DNA of 35,653 nt from Candidatus Acetothermia bacterium (GCA_046543235.1 JBKGZT010000006.1:1-35653), one strand, 5' to 3'; positions 16,844-26,560 are shown, counted from the stretch's first letter. Notes: a model not told the origin generated them from the sequence alone. Program-made: numbers and translations.

Positions 16844-18643
16844 TTGCCGGAGAATTCACCCCAGGAAGAGGAAGACGAGTACGGCGATTACTCGAAGAGG
16901 TATCTGCTGAAAAGGTTCTATCGGGATTACCTCAAACCGAACATGAAGGAGTACCTGCCTGTTCAGGTCCTGCATGTGGTGGGGGCGCTGGTGGGGCTCG
17001 TACCTCCCCTGCTGTTGAGGAACCTAATCGACGACGCGATTCCCGCACAAAACCTCCGCAGGATAATGGTTCTTTCCTGGCTCGGCTTTGGATCTTTCGC
17101 CCTGGTAGCACTAATTAGGTTTCTCCGTAACTACTTCGGCCACAGGATCGCCCAAAAGATAGTCTTCGAAATGCGAAACGATATCTACGATCACTTTCAA
17201 AAGCTGCCGCTGAAGTTCCATGACAGGAAAAAGACGGGAGAGCTGATGTCCAGGATTATCGACGACCTGAACGTACTCCAGGAGTTCGTTCACCACGGCC
17301 CGGAAGGGGTCCTTCAGGCAAGTACGACCATAACCGGGGTTCTGGTGATCCTATTCTTATTAGACGTCCCCCTCACCCTGATTGCACTTTCATTTACTCC
17401 GTTTCTGGTGGCCTTTGCCCTGACTCTGATAAAAAGGATGCACAAGGCTTTCCGGCGAAACAGGGAGGCAAAGGGGGCCCTGAACGACCGTCTGGAGGAT
17501 AACCTGGCAGGAATGAAGGTGATAAAGTCGTTCGCAAACGAGGATCGGGAGATGGAGCGGTTTTTCGAGAAGAACGAGGAACACTACGACGCACGGGCGG
17601 CTGCGATAAAGTACTTCAGCACCCTCGGCCCCGTCTCGTACTTTCTAAACAGTTTCGGGTTGGTCTTGACCCTCGGCTACGGCGGCTACCTGGTATTTCA
17701 GGGATCGCTGACCTCGGGCACGGTTGTTGCCTTCTACACCTATCTGATAAGGTTCAGGGCGCCGATACTCAGACTCGTCCAGATCAGCCAGAGACTGAGC
17801 CGCTTCTTCGCCAGTTCGGAGAGGTTCTTTTCCCACCTTGATATCGAACCGGATATCGTCTGTTCGTCAGGAGGCTTCAGCAAGCACCCAGAGGAAATCG
17901 AAGGGAAGGTAGAATACGATGGCGTTTACTTCAACTACCAAGAAGAGGAAAAAGTGCTCACGGACATAAACATAGAAGTAGAGCCCCGGCAGACGGTCGC
18001 TCTCGTTGGGCCCAGCGGAGCCGGAAAGACGACCATTGTCCGCCTGCTTCCCAGGATGTACGACGTGAACGAGGGCAAGGTCAAGCTTGACGGGGTCGAC
18101 GTAAGGGACTGGAACCTGAGAACGCTTCGGAGGAACATAGCCATGGTGATGCAGGACGACTACCTCTTCTCCGGGACAATTCGGGATAATATATCCTACG
18201 GCAAGCCGGACGTCTCGAGGGGCGAGGTCGAGGAGTATGCCAGGGAAGCAAACGTCGAAGACTTCGTGGAGGAGTTTCCCGACGGCTACGACACGGATAT
18301 TGGCCAGCGAGGGGTCAAGCTTTCCGGCGGGCAGAAGCAGAGGATTTCGATAGCGAGAGCCCTTATTCAGGATCCTAAGGTACTTATTCTGGACGAAGCT
18401 ACCTCTTCCGTCGACACCTATACGGAAAAGCTGATACAGGAAGCCATCGATAAGGTTTCCAGGGGACGCACGACCTTTACGATCGCTCACAGGTTGTCTA
18501 CCATCACAAATGCCGATAAGATACTCTTCGTCGATGACGGAGAGATAGCCGAGTCTGGGGATTTCGATTCTCTTATGGAAGAAAAGGGCGATTTTTACGA
18601 TTTCTACCAGCTCCAGTTCGAACAGCTGACGGAGACCGCTTGA
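16844..18643 (+). CDS. ABC exporter, fused permease/ATP-binding subunit (MsbA/Sav1866-like)
   Basis: 6-TM domain, Walker A GPSGAGKT, signature LSGGQKQR, Walker B ILDEATS, H-loop AHRLST. Start reassigned to TTG 16844 after SD GGAGGG. Confidence 0.93.
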   Translation: MPENSPQEEEDEYGDYSKRYLLKRFYRDYLKPNMKEYLPVQVLHVVGALVGLVPPLLLRNLIDDAIPAQNLRRIMVLSWLGFGSFALVALIRFLRNYFGHRIAQKIVFEMRNDIYDHFQKLPLKFHDRKKTGELMSRIIDDLNVLQEFVHHGPEGVLQASTTITGVLVILFLLDVPLTLIALSFTPFLVAFALTLIKRMHKAFRRNREAKGALNDRLEDNLAGMKVIKSFANEDREMERFFEKNEEHYDARAAAIKYFSTLGPVSYFLNSFGLVLTLGYGGYLVFQGSLTSGTVVAFYTYLIRFRAPILRLVQISQRLSRFFASSERFFSHLDIEPDIVCSSGGFSKHPEEIEGKVEYDGVYFNYQEEEKVLTDINIEVEPRQTVALVGPSGAGKTTIVRLLPRMYDVNEGKVKLDGVDVRDWNLRTLRRNIAMVMQDDYLFSGTIRDNISYGKPDVSRGEVEEYAREANVEDFVEEFPDGYDTDIGQRGVKLSGGQKQRISIARALIQDPKVLILDEATSSVDTYTEKLIQEAIDKVSRGRTTFTIAHRLSTITNADKILFVDDGEIAESGDFDSLMEEKGDFYDFYQLQFEQLTETA

Positions 18644-18680
18644 GGTAAGTTCGTGGGGATCCCTTACCTCAACCCTTTTT
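18640..18680 (+). terminator. Probable intrinsic terminator after the ABC exporter
   Basis: TTGAGGTAAG/CTTACCTCAA 10-bp stem followed by CCCTTTTT. Confidence 0.55.
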
Positions 18681-18729
18681 ATATTTTGGTGATAGAATTG
18701 AGATTCAAAAACTGCGACCGGAGGAGACG

Positions 18730-19413
18730 ATGGAAGACGTACCCGGATTAGAGAAATTCTACGACCTGGATAAGACGGATTACGCTGGTTATTACCGGGA
18801 TCTCGAATACCCCTGGGACCTCCTCGAAAGGATAGACTCCGTCATCGAAAATGAACTGCAACCGGGGGTTGACGGCGAGGTTTCGCCGGATGCTCATGTT
18901 GGTGAAGACGTGGAGTTGGGGAAGGATACGGTGGTGGAGGCCGGGGCGACGATAAAGGGACCGGCAATTATCGGCAATGGCTGTGAGATAAGGAGCGGCG
19001 CCTACATCCGGGGTAAAGTGGTAGTGGGGAACGGCGTGACCGTGGGAAACAGCGCCGAGCTGAAGAGGAGTCTGGTACACGACGAAGCCGAAATCCCCCA
19101 TTTCTCCTACGTCGGTGACTCTGTAATAGGCTGGAAGGGCCACCTGGGAGCAGGGGTTAAGGTATCCAATCTAAAGGTAAACCGGGAATCGGTCGTAGTC
19201 CACCTGGGGAAAAAAGATATCGATACCGGGCTCAGGAAGTTCGGATGCCTGCTCGGGGATAGGGTCGAGGTAGGTTGCAATTCCGTGTTAAACCCGGGTA
19301 CTCTAGTAGGAAAGAGGACTCTTGCGACGTCAAATACTTCTCTGTCCGGTTATTACCCTCCGGAAAGGTTCGTCAAGCTGAAGCAGAGTATCGAGATCGT
19401 CGAGAGGCGTTAA
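18730..19413 (+). CDS. Stand-alone GlmU-like left-handed beta-helix acetyltransferase (glucosamine-1-P N-acetyltransferase)
   Basis: YPWDLL, hexapeptide repeats, PHFSYVGDS, TGLRKFG.LLGD, GCNSVLNPG; directly upstream of glmM; no nucleotidyltransferase domain. Confidence 0.8.
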   Translation: MEDVPGLEKFYDLDKTDYAGYYRDLEYPWDLLERIDSVIENELQPGVDGEVSPDAHVGEDVELGKDTVVEAGATIKGPAIIGNGCEIRSGAYIRGKVVVGNGVTVGNSAELKRSLVHDEAEIPHFSYVGDSVIGWKGHLGAGVKVSNLKVNRESVVVHLGKKDIDTGLRKFGCLLGDRVEVGCNSVLNPGTLVGKRTLATSNTSLSGYYPPERFVKLKQSIEIVERR

Positions 19414-19430
19414 GGGAAAAGGAGGTAAAG

Positions 19431-20768
19431 TTGGACTTATTCGGTACCGACGGTATTCGCGGTGAAGTAAACGAAGATATTACCCCTGAACTGGCGCTTA
19501 AGCTGGGGAAGTCCACAAGCGTCATAACTGAAAAAGGTGATTCCGTCCTGATCTGTACTGATACGCGGGAGTCGGCAAGGACCCTGGAATACGCCCTCGC
19601 GTCAGGGATAACCTCCATCGGCAGGGACGCGTACCTTCTGGACGTGCTCCCGACCCCAGGAGTGCCCTTCCTCCTAGGGAAATTTGACGCCGAGGCGGGG
19701 GCCGTGGTCTCGGCTTCGCACAACCTGGCGAAGGACAACGGAATAAAGTTTTTCAATTCGGATGGCCTGAAATTGGCGCCGAACGTCGAGGAAAAAATGG
19801 AGAAATACATCGTAACCGGGGACGGGGAGAGGTGGGCCAGCTGGGAGGAGATCGGGGGTATCATCACGGTCCAGAACCCCGAGGACCTCTACGTCGAGTT
19901 TTTAAAGAAGAGGTTTCAGGAAGACATGCCCGACCTCTCCGGCCTGGAGCTGACTCTGGACTGTGCCAACGGTGCGACTTACCGGGTCGCCCCGAGGACT
20001 TTTTCTGAGATGGGAGCTGACGTTCACTCCATCGGGGTCAACCCGGACGGCTTCAATATCAACCAGGATTGTGGTTCTACCTCGCTCGGTGGGTTGAAAA
20101 GGGAGGTCCTTAGTCGGGGAAGCGACGTAGGCGTAGCTTTTGACGGTGACGGAGATAGGGCTCTTTTCGTGGATGAAGAGGGTAACGAAGTAGACGGGGA
20201 TAGGGTCCTTTACATGGCCGCCAGGTTTTTAAAGGAAAAGGGTGAGCTCCAGCCGGACGTGGTAGTATCAACCGTGATGAGCAATCTTGGCTTGGAGAAG
20301 TCCCTTTTGGAGCTGGGGGTTGAGCTGGTAAGAACTCAGGTAGGGGATAAGTACGTTGCGGAAGAGATGGTGAAGCGCGGAGCGACTCTCGGCGGGGAGC
20401 AGTCCGGCCATCTGATATTTAGGGACGTCAATACCACCGGTGACGGAATAGTTACCGCCATTATGGTCCTAAGGATAATCCAGGAAACCGGGAAGAAGCT
20501 GTCGGAACTCGGGCGCGGAATGCGGCGTTATCCCCAGGTCCTGGAAAACGTTGAGACCGAGAACAAGGAAGATTTTCAGTCCAGTGACGAGATCCAGGAA
20601 GAGATATCACGTCAGGAAGAGAAGCTGGGCAAACGCGGAAGGACACTGGTTCGACCTTCCGGCACCCAGGACGTAATAAGGGTCATGGTCGAGAGCAGAG
20701 ACCGGGAAGAGGCGGAAGAGGTCACGAGGGAACTGAGCAGCTTCATTGACGAGGAACTGAACGGCTGA
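19431..20768 (+). CDS. glmM: Phosphoglucosamine mutase
   Basis: LFGTDGIRG, SASHN phosphoserine loop, DGDGDR, GGEQSGH, VRPSGT; TTG start after GGAGGT. Confidence 0.95.
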   Translation: MDLFGTDGIRGEVNEDITPELALKLGKSTSVITEKGDSVLICTDTRESARTLEYALASGITSIGRDAYLLDVLPTPGVPFLLGKFDAEAGAVVSASHNLAKDNGIKFFNSDGLKLAPNVEEKMEKYIVTGDGERWASWEEIGGIITVQNPEDLYVEFLKKRFQEDMPDLSGLELTLDCANGATYRVAPRTFSEMGADVHSIGVNPDGFNINQDCGSTSLGGLKREVLSRGSDVGVAFDGDGDRALFVDEEGNEVDGDRVLYMAARFLKEKGELQPDVVVSTVMSNLGLEKSLLELGVELVRTQVGDKYVAEEMVKRGATLGGEQSGHLIFRDVNTTGDGIVTAIMVLRIIQETGKKLSELGRGMRRYPQVLENVETENKEDFQSSDEIQEEISRQEEKLGKRGRTLVRPSGTQDVIRVMVESRDREEAEEVTRELSSFIDEELNG

Positions 20769-21212
20769 GGGTATCGATCCGTGGCAGTAGGGCTTCCTTT
20801 TCCTTGGGATTTTTGAATCTTTTGTTCTCGGGTATTTCATCAACGTAGTAACCATGTCTTTAGCCGTAGTACCTGGCCGATGAACTCCGATTCTGGTTTC
20901 CAAATTCTCTCACCGAGGTTCGATTGAAGGTTCCAAATCCTATTCGTCGGACTTAATTAGCTAATTACGGTATTCCTTTCAGAGTTGAACCTCCTCGTTC
21001 AATATCCTTTCCATAGCTATTTTGCACCTAAAATGCCATACTGTGACCGAAACTTTACCCCTTTTTGCCCTCCTGCATTATATATTTTTCTTTCCGATTT
21101 CAGTACTGGAATTTTGCCGGTCAGATGAGTACATCTAAGGCAACCCGGAATAATCTTTCTGCAAACGAGTTAGACATAAACCCGGTGATCAAAATTTGCC
21201 TGAAATGGACTA

Positions 21213-21259
21213 TTGCAATTCAGGCTGTGAGTTTTATAATTGAATGAACGTTCATTCAA
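21213..21259 (+). promoter_or_regulatory. TetR operon promoter and 20-bp palindromic operator
   Basis: TTGCAA (21213-21218)-N16-TATAAT (21235-21240); perfect palindrome TTGAATGAAC-GTTCATTCAA (21240-21259) covers the predicted TSS. Confidence 0.85.
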
Positions 21260-21277
21260 AAACGGGAGAAGGATAAC

Positions 21278-21877
21278 ATGTGTTCGGAAAAGAGAAAAGC
21301 TAAAAACGAAATCATCCAGGAAGCCGCAATAGAAGTAATTTCCAGAAAGGGCTACTTCCAGACAAGTGTTCAGGAGATAGCAGAAGAGGCAGGGGTGTCG
21401 GCCGGGACGATTTATAACTATTTTGAGGACAAGCAGGATATCCTGCTCGAGATTTTTACCAGTGAATTTGAAGACAGAAAGCGTTTTTACGAAGAGCTTT
21501 CCGATGGTGACCTGTCTTTATTCGAGCAGATAAGGAGGATTTTGAACCGTCATTTTTCCAAAATGGCCGAACACGAGCAGTTAATGGCCGTGATTATACA
21601 GGAAAGGTTTAAACCCGGTTCCCGGCTCGGGCGGAAATTGAACGAGCGCTACAGGGAGGTCGTTCATGAGATAGCGGAGCTTGTCGAAGAAGCTCTGGAA
21701 GGGGATCAAATAAGAGAGTGTGATTCGGCCGTGGTTGCATCGGCGATGTTTGGAGCAGTCGAATCAGTCGTCGGGTACGGGATGCTCCAGGATGGGGAAA
21801 CTAGAGACGAAATTTTCGATGAAGCTCCCGACGAACTGGCTGAGTTTTTCTGGAAGGGCATTAGAAAAAACAACTAG
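21278..21877 (+). CDS. TetR/AcrR-family regulator (FadR/YsiA-like)
   Basis: IIQEAAIEVISRKGYFQTSVQEIAEEAGVSAGTIYNYFEDKQDIL TetR HTH. Confidence 0.93.
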   Translation: MCSEKRKAKNEIIQEAAIEVISRKGYFQTSVQEIAEEAGVSAGTIYNYFEDKQDILLEIFTSEFEDRKRFYEELSDGDLSLFEQIRRILNRHFSKMAEHEQLMAVIIQERFKPGSRLGRKLNERYREVVHEIAELVEEALEGDQIRECDSAVVASAMFGAVESVVGYGMLQDGETRDEIFDEAPDELAEFFWKGIRKNN

Positions 21878-21888
21878 AGGTGGTAAAG

Positions 21889-22389
21889 ATGAAAAAGTTC
21901 TATTTGGTTCTACCTTTGCTGATATTATTTCTTTTCCCGACGAGTCTTCACACAACGGGTGCGGAGGCCGAAAACCCTTATAGGTTGCTGGTAGTTGACG
22001 GAACGCGTTCTCTGGAATTATCAATGCGAGTTCAGGGTCTGGTCAGTGCTCTCAAGAAAAGGGAGGGTCTCGAAGTCGATGCACAGACCTTAAAAACCGA
22101 AGACCCGACCCTCAATCCGCTGAAGGGTATGGAAGAAGAAACCTACGACCTGGTAATGATAGTACCTCCGACAATAGAAACGGGTTCGATTGAGCAGGTA
22201 TGGCTGGTTACCAGACCACTGTCTCAAATACCTCTCGAGCAAAAGCAAGGGGCCCTGGCACAGCTGGACCAGTTAAAAAAAGCAGTTTCTCAGGCCTTCG
22301 AAGACAAGGTGACACCTGTTGGCGTCAACGATGACCTTATCCCTGCTTACTTTTCCAGCCTTCTTCTTCGGGAGGGGGCGCTTAGATGA
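21889..22389 (+). CDS. Exported hypothetical protein (alpha/beta fold)
   Basis: MKKFYLVLPLLILFLF signal peptide; SD GAGGTGG; ATGA overlap with the MMPL gene. Confidence 0.8.
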   Translation: MKKFYLVLPLLILFLFPTSLHTTGAEAENPYRLLVVDGTRSLELSMRVQGLVSALKKREGLEVDAQTLKTEDPTLNPLKGMEEETYDLVMIVPPTIETGSIEQVWLVTRPLSQIPLEQKQGALAQLDQLKKAVSQAFEDKVTPVGVNDDLIPAYFSSLLLREGALR

Positions 22390-24701
22390 GGTCTTTCTCC
22401 GAATGGGTCGTTGATAACCCATGGAAGGTAATAGGACTGACTTTGGTCGTTACGGTAGTCCTGGGTTTTTTCATTCCCGGTATAAACCTGGTTACTAACT
22501 TCGAAGAGTATTTGTCCCCTTCCAATCCTGCAGTCGAGGCTATGGATGACGCGGAGGAGAGATACGGCTCTCAGTCCTTCGTCAGGATTACTCTGGTGTC
22601 GGACGAAACGATTTTCGACACGGAGGTCCTGGAGCGGCTTTACGAGTTGAGGGAAGAAATAAAGGAACTGGACGGCGTCGAGAACGTCGAAGGCCCGCTA
22701 AATTCCCAGATCATAATGGGCCAGGAGGATTCCCTGGTCGTTGAGAAGGTATCTCCGGATGGCGTACCGCCGAAAAATCAGGACGAACTGAAAAGCTTCA
22801 GGGAAAGGTTGATGGGGGACGACCTTCTTGTCGGGCGAGTGGTTTCTTCAACCGAAAGTTCAGCCGCTCTATCGATCGATATGAAGGCCGAGGTCAACGA
22901 GCAGGAAGTTGCCGATGAAATCAGGTCCATAACTGACGATTATCAGGGGCCGGAAGAGATATACATCGCCGGATTACCGTTTATGAACTCGGTCCTGTCG
23001 GAGGAGATCATTGACGATCTAGTTATCCTGCTGCCGCTGGTGTTCGTTGCAATAGGTATTGTCCTTTATCTGAGCTTTAGGAGCGTCAGGGGAATTCTGC
23101 TTCCGCTGACAGTGGTAACGCTCAGTACCATCTGGTCCGTCGGGTTGATGTCGTTGTTCGAAGTGCCGTTTACCCTGATAACGTTTATCCTGCCGGTCAT
23201 ACTGGTTGCGGTCGGGACCGCCTATTCCATCCACGTACTGAATCAGTACTACGAGCTTTCAGGCCAAGGCATTTCTAAGAAAGAGGTAATAGTTGAAACC
23301 GCAACCAAGATGTATTCACCTGTTTCAATGGCCGGTCTAACCACGGCGGCCGGGTTTCTCGCTCTGATCAGTTCGTTCCTGGTACCCCAGAGGCAGTTTG
23401 GAATCTTTGCCGCCATTGGCGTCTTCTTCTCGATAGCCTTCTCTCTGACGCTGGTGCCGGCAATACTTTCGCTTTTACCCCTCCAGGAAAAGGACCCCGA
23501 TGAGGGAAGTTCGGTAATATCCTTCCTGGCAGGTATCAGGGAGTCCTTCCTCATGGGTTTCGAGAGTCTGGTGGCGAACCGAAAGAAGACCTTGCTCGGA
23601 ATATTTTTCGTCGTGCTGGCCGTCTTTGCCGTCGGTACTTTTATGGTGAAGATAGAAACGTCTCAGAGGTCCTTTCTGGGCGAAAACAGCGTAGTCACCA
23701 AGGGTCTCGACTCCCTGGACAGGAGTTTCTCCGGGTCTAACCAGTTGCTCGTAGAGGTAGATACCGGAAAAAAGGACGGATTGAAGGACCCGGACGCCCT
23801 CAGAAAGATGGAGGAGTTCGAAAACTGGCTGAAGGAAAAAGACGGGGTTCAAATAAACGAGACCTTTTCCCTCGTCGATATAGTTAAGCAGCTCAACCAG
23901 AAGTACCACGGTGACGATCCGGATTACTACAGGATACCGAAAGAAGGAAAACTGGCTTCTCAGCTCCTACTGTTATTCAGCTTTCAGGGTGGCGGTCTGG
24001 GACAGCTCTCGATGGGGGACTATTCCGCGGGAGAAATCACGGGTCTTTACGACTCGGTATCCAGTTCCGAGATCGTCGAACTTGAGAAGGACATCAGGGA
24101 ATACATGGACGAACACTTCGAGGATATCGACGCCGAAATGGTAGGGTCTACAAGGCTTTCCGCCATGGTTGCCTCGAAGGTCGTGTCTAGCCAGCTTGTT
24201 AGCCTCGTTGCTTCGATAGGCGTGGCCGGCTTGATTGTGGCAGTGATAATCGGTTCCGTGGTTGCGGGATTGGTTAGCCTGATTCCGCTGGTCCTGACCG
24301 TCCTGATCAACTTCGGGGTAATGGGTTACAGCGGGACGCCACTCGACCTCGCAACTCTCATGGTAAGCTCGATAGTTATAGGAATAGGGATAGATTACGC
24401 AATCCACTTTATAGAACGATTCAGAATTGAGTACGACGAGAAGAGAGAAGAGGAGGAGATGGTCTCGGCCACTTTAAGGACGACGGGCAAGGGAATATTT
24501 TACAACGCTATGGCTCTGGCAGTTGGCTTCGCCGTGCTAGCCTTCTCCTCTTTCAGTGCGATAGTTAACTTTGGTTTCCTGATGGCTTTGACGATGGTCG
24601 TTAGCATGATAAGCGCTTTTACCGTCATACCGGCGGTACTGCTCTTGCTTCGACCGTCTTTTTTGGAGGAAAAGGAAGAGAAAAGCGAACTCAAGAAATG
24701 A
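22386..24701 (+). CDS. RND-superfamily MMPL transporter
   Basis: Two repeats of TM + extracytoplasmic loop + 5 TM; AVGTAYSIH, AGLTTAAGF and GIGIDYAIHF motifs. Confidence 0.93.
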   Translation: MRSFSEWVVDNPWKVIGLTLVVTVVLGFFIPGINLVTNFEEYLSPSNPAVEAMDDAEERYGSQSFVRITLVSDETIFDTEVLERLYELREEIKELDGVENVEGPLNSQIIMGQEDSLVVEKVSPDGVPPKNQDELKSFRERLMGDDLLVGRVVSSTESSAALSIDMKAEVNEQEVADEIRSITDDYQGPEEIYIAGLPFMNSVLSEEIIDDLVILLPLVFVAIGIVLYLSFRSVRGILLPLTVVTLSTIWSVGLMSLFEVPFTLITFILPVILVAVGTAYSIHVLNQYYELSGQGISKKEVIVETATKMYSPVSMAGLTTAAGFLALISSFLVPQRQFGIFAAIGVFFSIAFSLTLVPAILSLLPLQEKDPDEGSSVISFLAGIRESFLMGFESLVANRKKTLLGIFFVVLAVFAVGTFMVKIETSQRSFLGENSVVTKGLDSLDRSFSGSNQLLVEVDTGKKDGLKDPDALRKMEEFENWLKEKDGVQINETFSLVDIVKQLNQKYHGDDPDYYRIPKEGKLASQLLLLFSFQGGGLGQLSMGDYSAGEITGLYDSVSSSEIVELEKDIREYMDEHFEDIDAEMVGSTRLSAMVASKVVSSQLVSLVASIGVAGLIVAVIIGSVVAGLVSLIPLVLTVLINFGVMGYSGTPLDLATLMVSSIVIGIGIDYAIHFIERFRIEYDEKREEEEMVSATLRTTGKGIFYNAMALAVGFAVLAFSSFSAIVNFGFLMALTMVVSMISAFTVIPAVLLLLRPSFLEEKEEKSELKK

Positions 24702-24719
24702 AACTAGAGGTGATTTAGA

Positions 24720-25571
24720 ATGAAACTCGAACGTCAAATTCTCAATTCGGTCGTTTTCGGTCTGGCTCTGACGCTGTTACTGGTCTCCGGAATTACTACT
24801 CTCGCTCAGGATTCAATGACGGGCGACGAAATACTGGAAAGAGTCGACGAGCAACAGGAAAAGATCAGTGAGGGTGACGTGCTGTCGATCCTGAAATTTG
24901 AAAACGTAAACTCGGATGGTACGAAATCGAATTACAAGTTCGGGTCTCTTGCTAAGAGGGAGCCGGGTGAACCCAATTACAGCTTGATCTATTATCTCGA
25001 ACCAGAAGACGTAGCGGGTTCGATCTTTCTAAGCAGGGATACGGAAGAAAACGGAAGCGAGATGTGGTTGATGCTTTCCGCCTTTCCTCAGCCCAAAAAG
25101 CTGCCGGCATCCGAGCGGCAAGGGAGTTTCGCCGGTAGTAACCTGACCTTCCAGGAGATCGGGAATCGGAACATGAGCGAAAGGTACGATGCGGAGCTGG
25201 TCGAAGAAACGGAACTGACGATCGACGACGAATCGGTGCCTGCGTACCTCATAGAGACCAGCGTAAAAGAAGACGCGACTGCAAAGTATCCCCGGAGTAA
25301 AGTCTGGGTCGGAAAAGAGAACTGGCTGATTTTAAAGTCGGAAGACCGGAACGAGGACGGACAGATGGCCCGTATCCTGGAAGTAGAAGAACTGGAAGCG
25401 TTTGAAGGAAAGACGGTAACGGAAAAACTTACAGCAGAAAACGTACTCGACGAGAGTGCGACGACGGTTACCTTCGAAAAAAGGGAAAGGCCGGAGAAGG
25501 AAATACCCACGTCCCTGTTCGGACCGGACCAGTTGAACGAATTCGACCCCGAAGAGTGGGGGATAAAGTAA
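24720..25571 (+). CDS. LolA-like outer-membrane lipoprotein-sorting protein
   Basis: Signal peptide; LIYYLEPEDVAGSIFLS...MWL, RQGSFAGSNLTFQEI and YPRSKVWVGKEN patterns of the LolA_like/DUF1329 group. Confidence 0.85.
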   Translation: MKLERQILNSVVFGLALTLLLVSGITTLAQDSMTGDEILERVDEQQEKISEGDVLSILKFENVNSDGTKSNYKFGSLAKREPGEPNYSLIYYLEPEDVAGSIFLSRDTEENGSEMWLMLSAFPQPKKLPASERQGSFAGSNLTFQEIGNRNMSERYDAELVEETELTIDDESVPAYLIETSVKEDATAKYPRSKVWVGKENWLILKSEDRNEDGQMARILEVEELEAFEGKTVTEKLTAENVLDESATTVTFEKRERPEKEIPTSLFGPDQLNEFDPEEWGIK

Positions 25572-25593
25572 GGGATTGCTGGAGAGGGGATGA

Positions 25594-25620
25594 CGGGCGG
25601 GGATCGGAAAGCCCCGCCCG
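25594..25620. terminator. GC-rich hairpin between convergent genes
   Basis: CGGGCGGGG-N9-CCCCGCCCG; no clear U-tract. Confidence 0.4.
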
Positions 25621-25690
25621 AAACGGACCAAAATATGTTTTCCAGCAGCTCCCGGTCCTTTACCTCGGGGGTAAATCGATAAAGGGTGGT

Positions 25691-26149
25691 CTATCCGAAA
25701 TTCCGCGAAACCGAGAGCTCCGAGGAGCTTGCTGAATCCGATAACCGTAAGTCGGCGGTATCCAGCCGGGCTTTTTCGGGTTCTTCCAGTTCGAGCGAGG
25801 AGCCGAAGATTCCCCTTCTCCTATCGTCCGCTACATGGTAGGCATCGTAGGCGCTGTAGCCGGACCAGGCTAAGTAAACTGGGACTACAAGCCTGTTCAT
25901 AGGAGAAGTGTTAATCGCTGGAAAATAATAAATGGAAGAAATCCCTACTCCTACTACGAAGTGGGTTAACGCTTTGTTTGGCTGGTCGTTTATCAGCTGG
26001 CCCGAGCCCGGAATGAAGAAGGACGCTATGGCCGGAACTATCGCCGACATATCGTTCTGGGCCGTTCCGGTCGATGCCATAGTACTGAGGATCAGGGCCG
26101 TGATAACCAACATACCGACGATCCTGGAAGTTGCGTTCAAGTGGATCAC
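25691..26149 (-). CDS. Exported/membrane hypothetical protein with TM2-like motif
   Basis: Signal peptide, then AIASFFIPGSGQL...KAL and a hydrophobic helix ending YSAYDAY. The start may instead be TTG 26140 after GGGGTGA. Confidence 0.7.
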   Translation of the reverse strand: MIHLNATSRIVGMLVITALILSTMASTGTAQNDMSAIVPAIASFFIPGSGQLINDQPNKALTHFVVGVGISSIYYFPAINTSPMNRLVVPVYLAWSGYSAYDAYHVADDRRRGIFGSSLELEEPEKARLDTADLRLSDSASSSELSVSRNFG

Positions 26150-26560
26150 CCCTAAAGGTTCCCTTTTCGAAAATGTTTTGATAGAACTTACACTTAGAGT
26201 ATTATATATATTTGGAGTTGAGGTTCCAAACTTGCCCCTAAATGAGGGTCCTTCCTTTTCTCGCCCACAAGCTCCTTCGCCCCTCCCATCCTGGTTTGAT
26301 TACCGGCTAAAAAGCTCTGAAGGGATCCGGGTACCTCTGACTGACCGTTGGCGGAGGACTATCGGGAACCGAACGGGAGTTTTAGCCGATCAGGACGGTC
26401 GGGCTGGATAAAGGTGGTGAAAGAAATGAAGTGCTGGAATTGGCTGACCGCCACCCCGTCCGAAAGGGCCTTCGGGAGGTGTAAACTTCGCCGTTCCGGG
26501 GATATAATCTACTAGTGTGAAGCTGAGTTATTCTTAGGGTTGTCGCTAAAGGAGGTCACC

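Noticed and set aside
19275-19430. 52-aa N-terminal extension of GlmM
   Set aside because: It overlaps the upstream gene; the conserved LFGTDG start follows an SD at TTG 19431.
20607-21247. ORFs 20607-20903 (-) and 21065-21247 (+), or a decayed gene in the glmM-tetR gap
   Set aside because: No SD and no recognisable motif; they overlap glmM or the tetR promoter. Frameshift-joined fragments gave nothing I could identify.
25932-26411. 159-aa plus-strand ORF and other long shadow ORFs (for example 29304-30050 -, 17867-18490 -)
   Set aside because: They are antisense or alternate-frame to well-supported genes and carry no motifs.
26514-26560. SAM-II/SAM-V riboswitch before trmO (GCTAAA next to the SD)
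   Set aside because: The GAUUU and UUGC elements and the P1 stem are missing.
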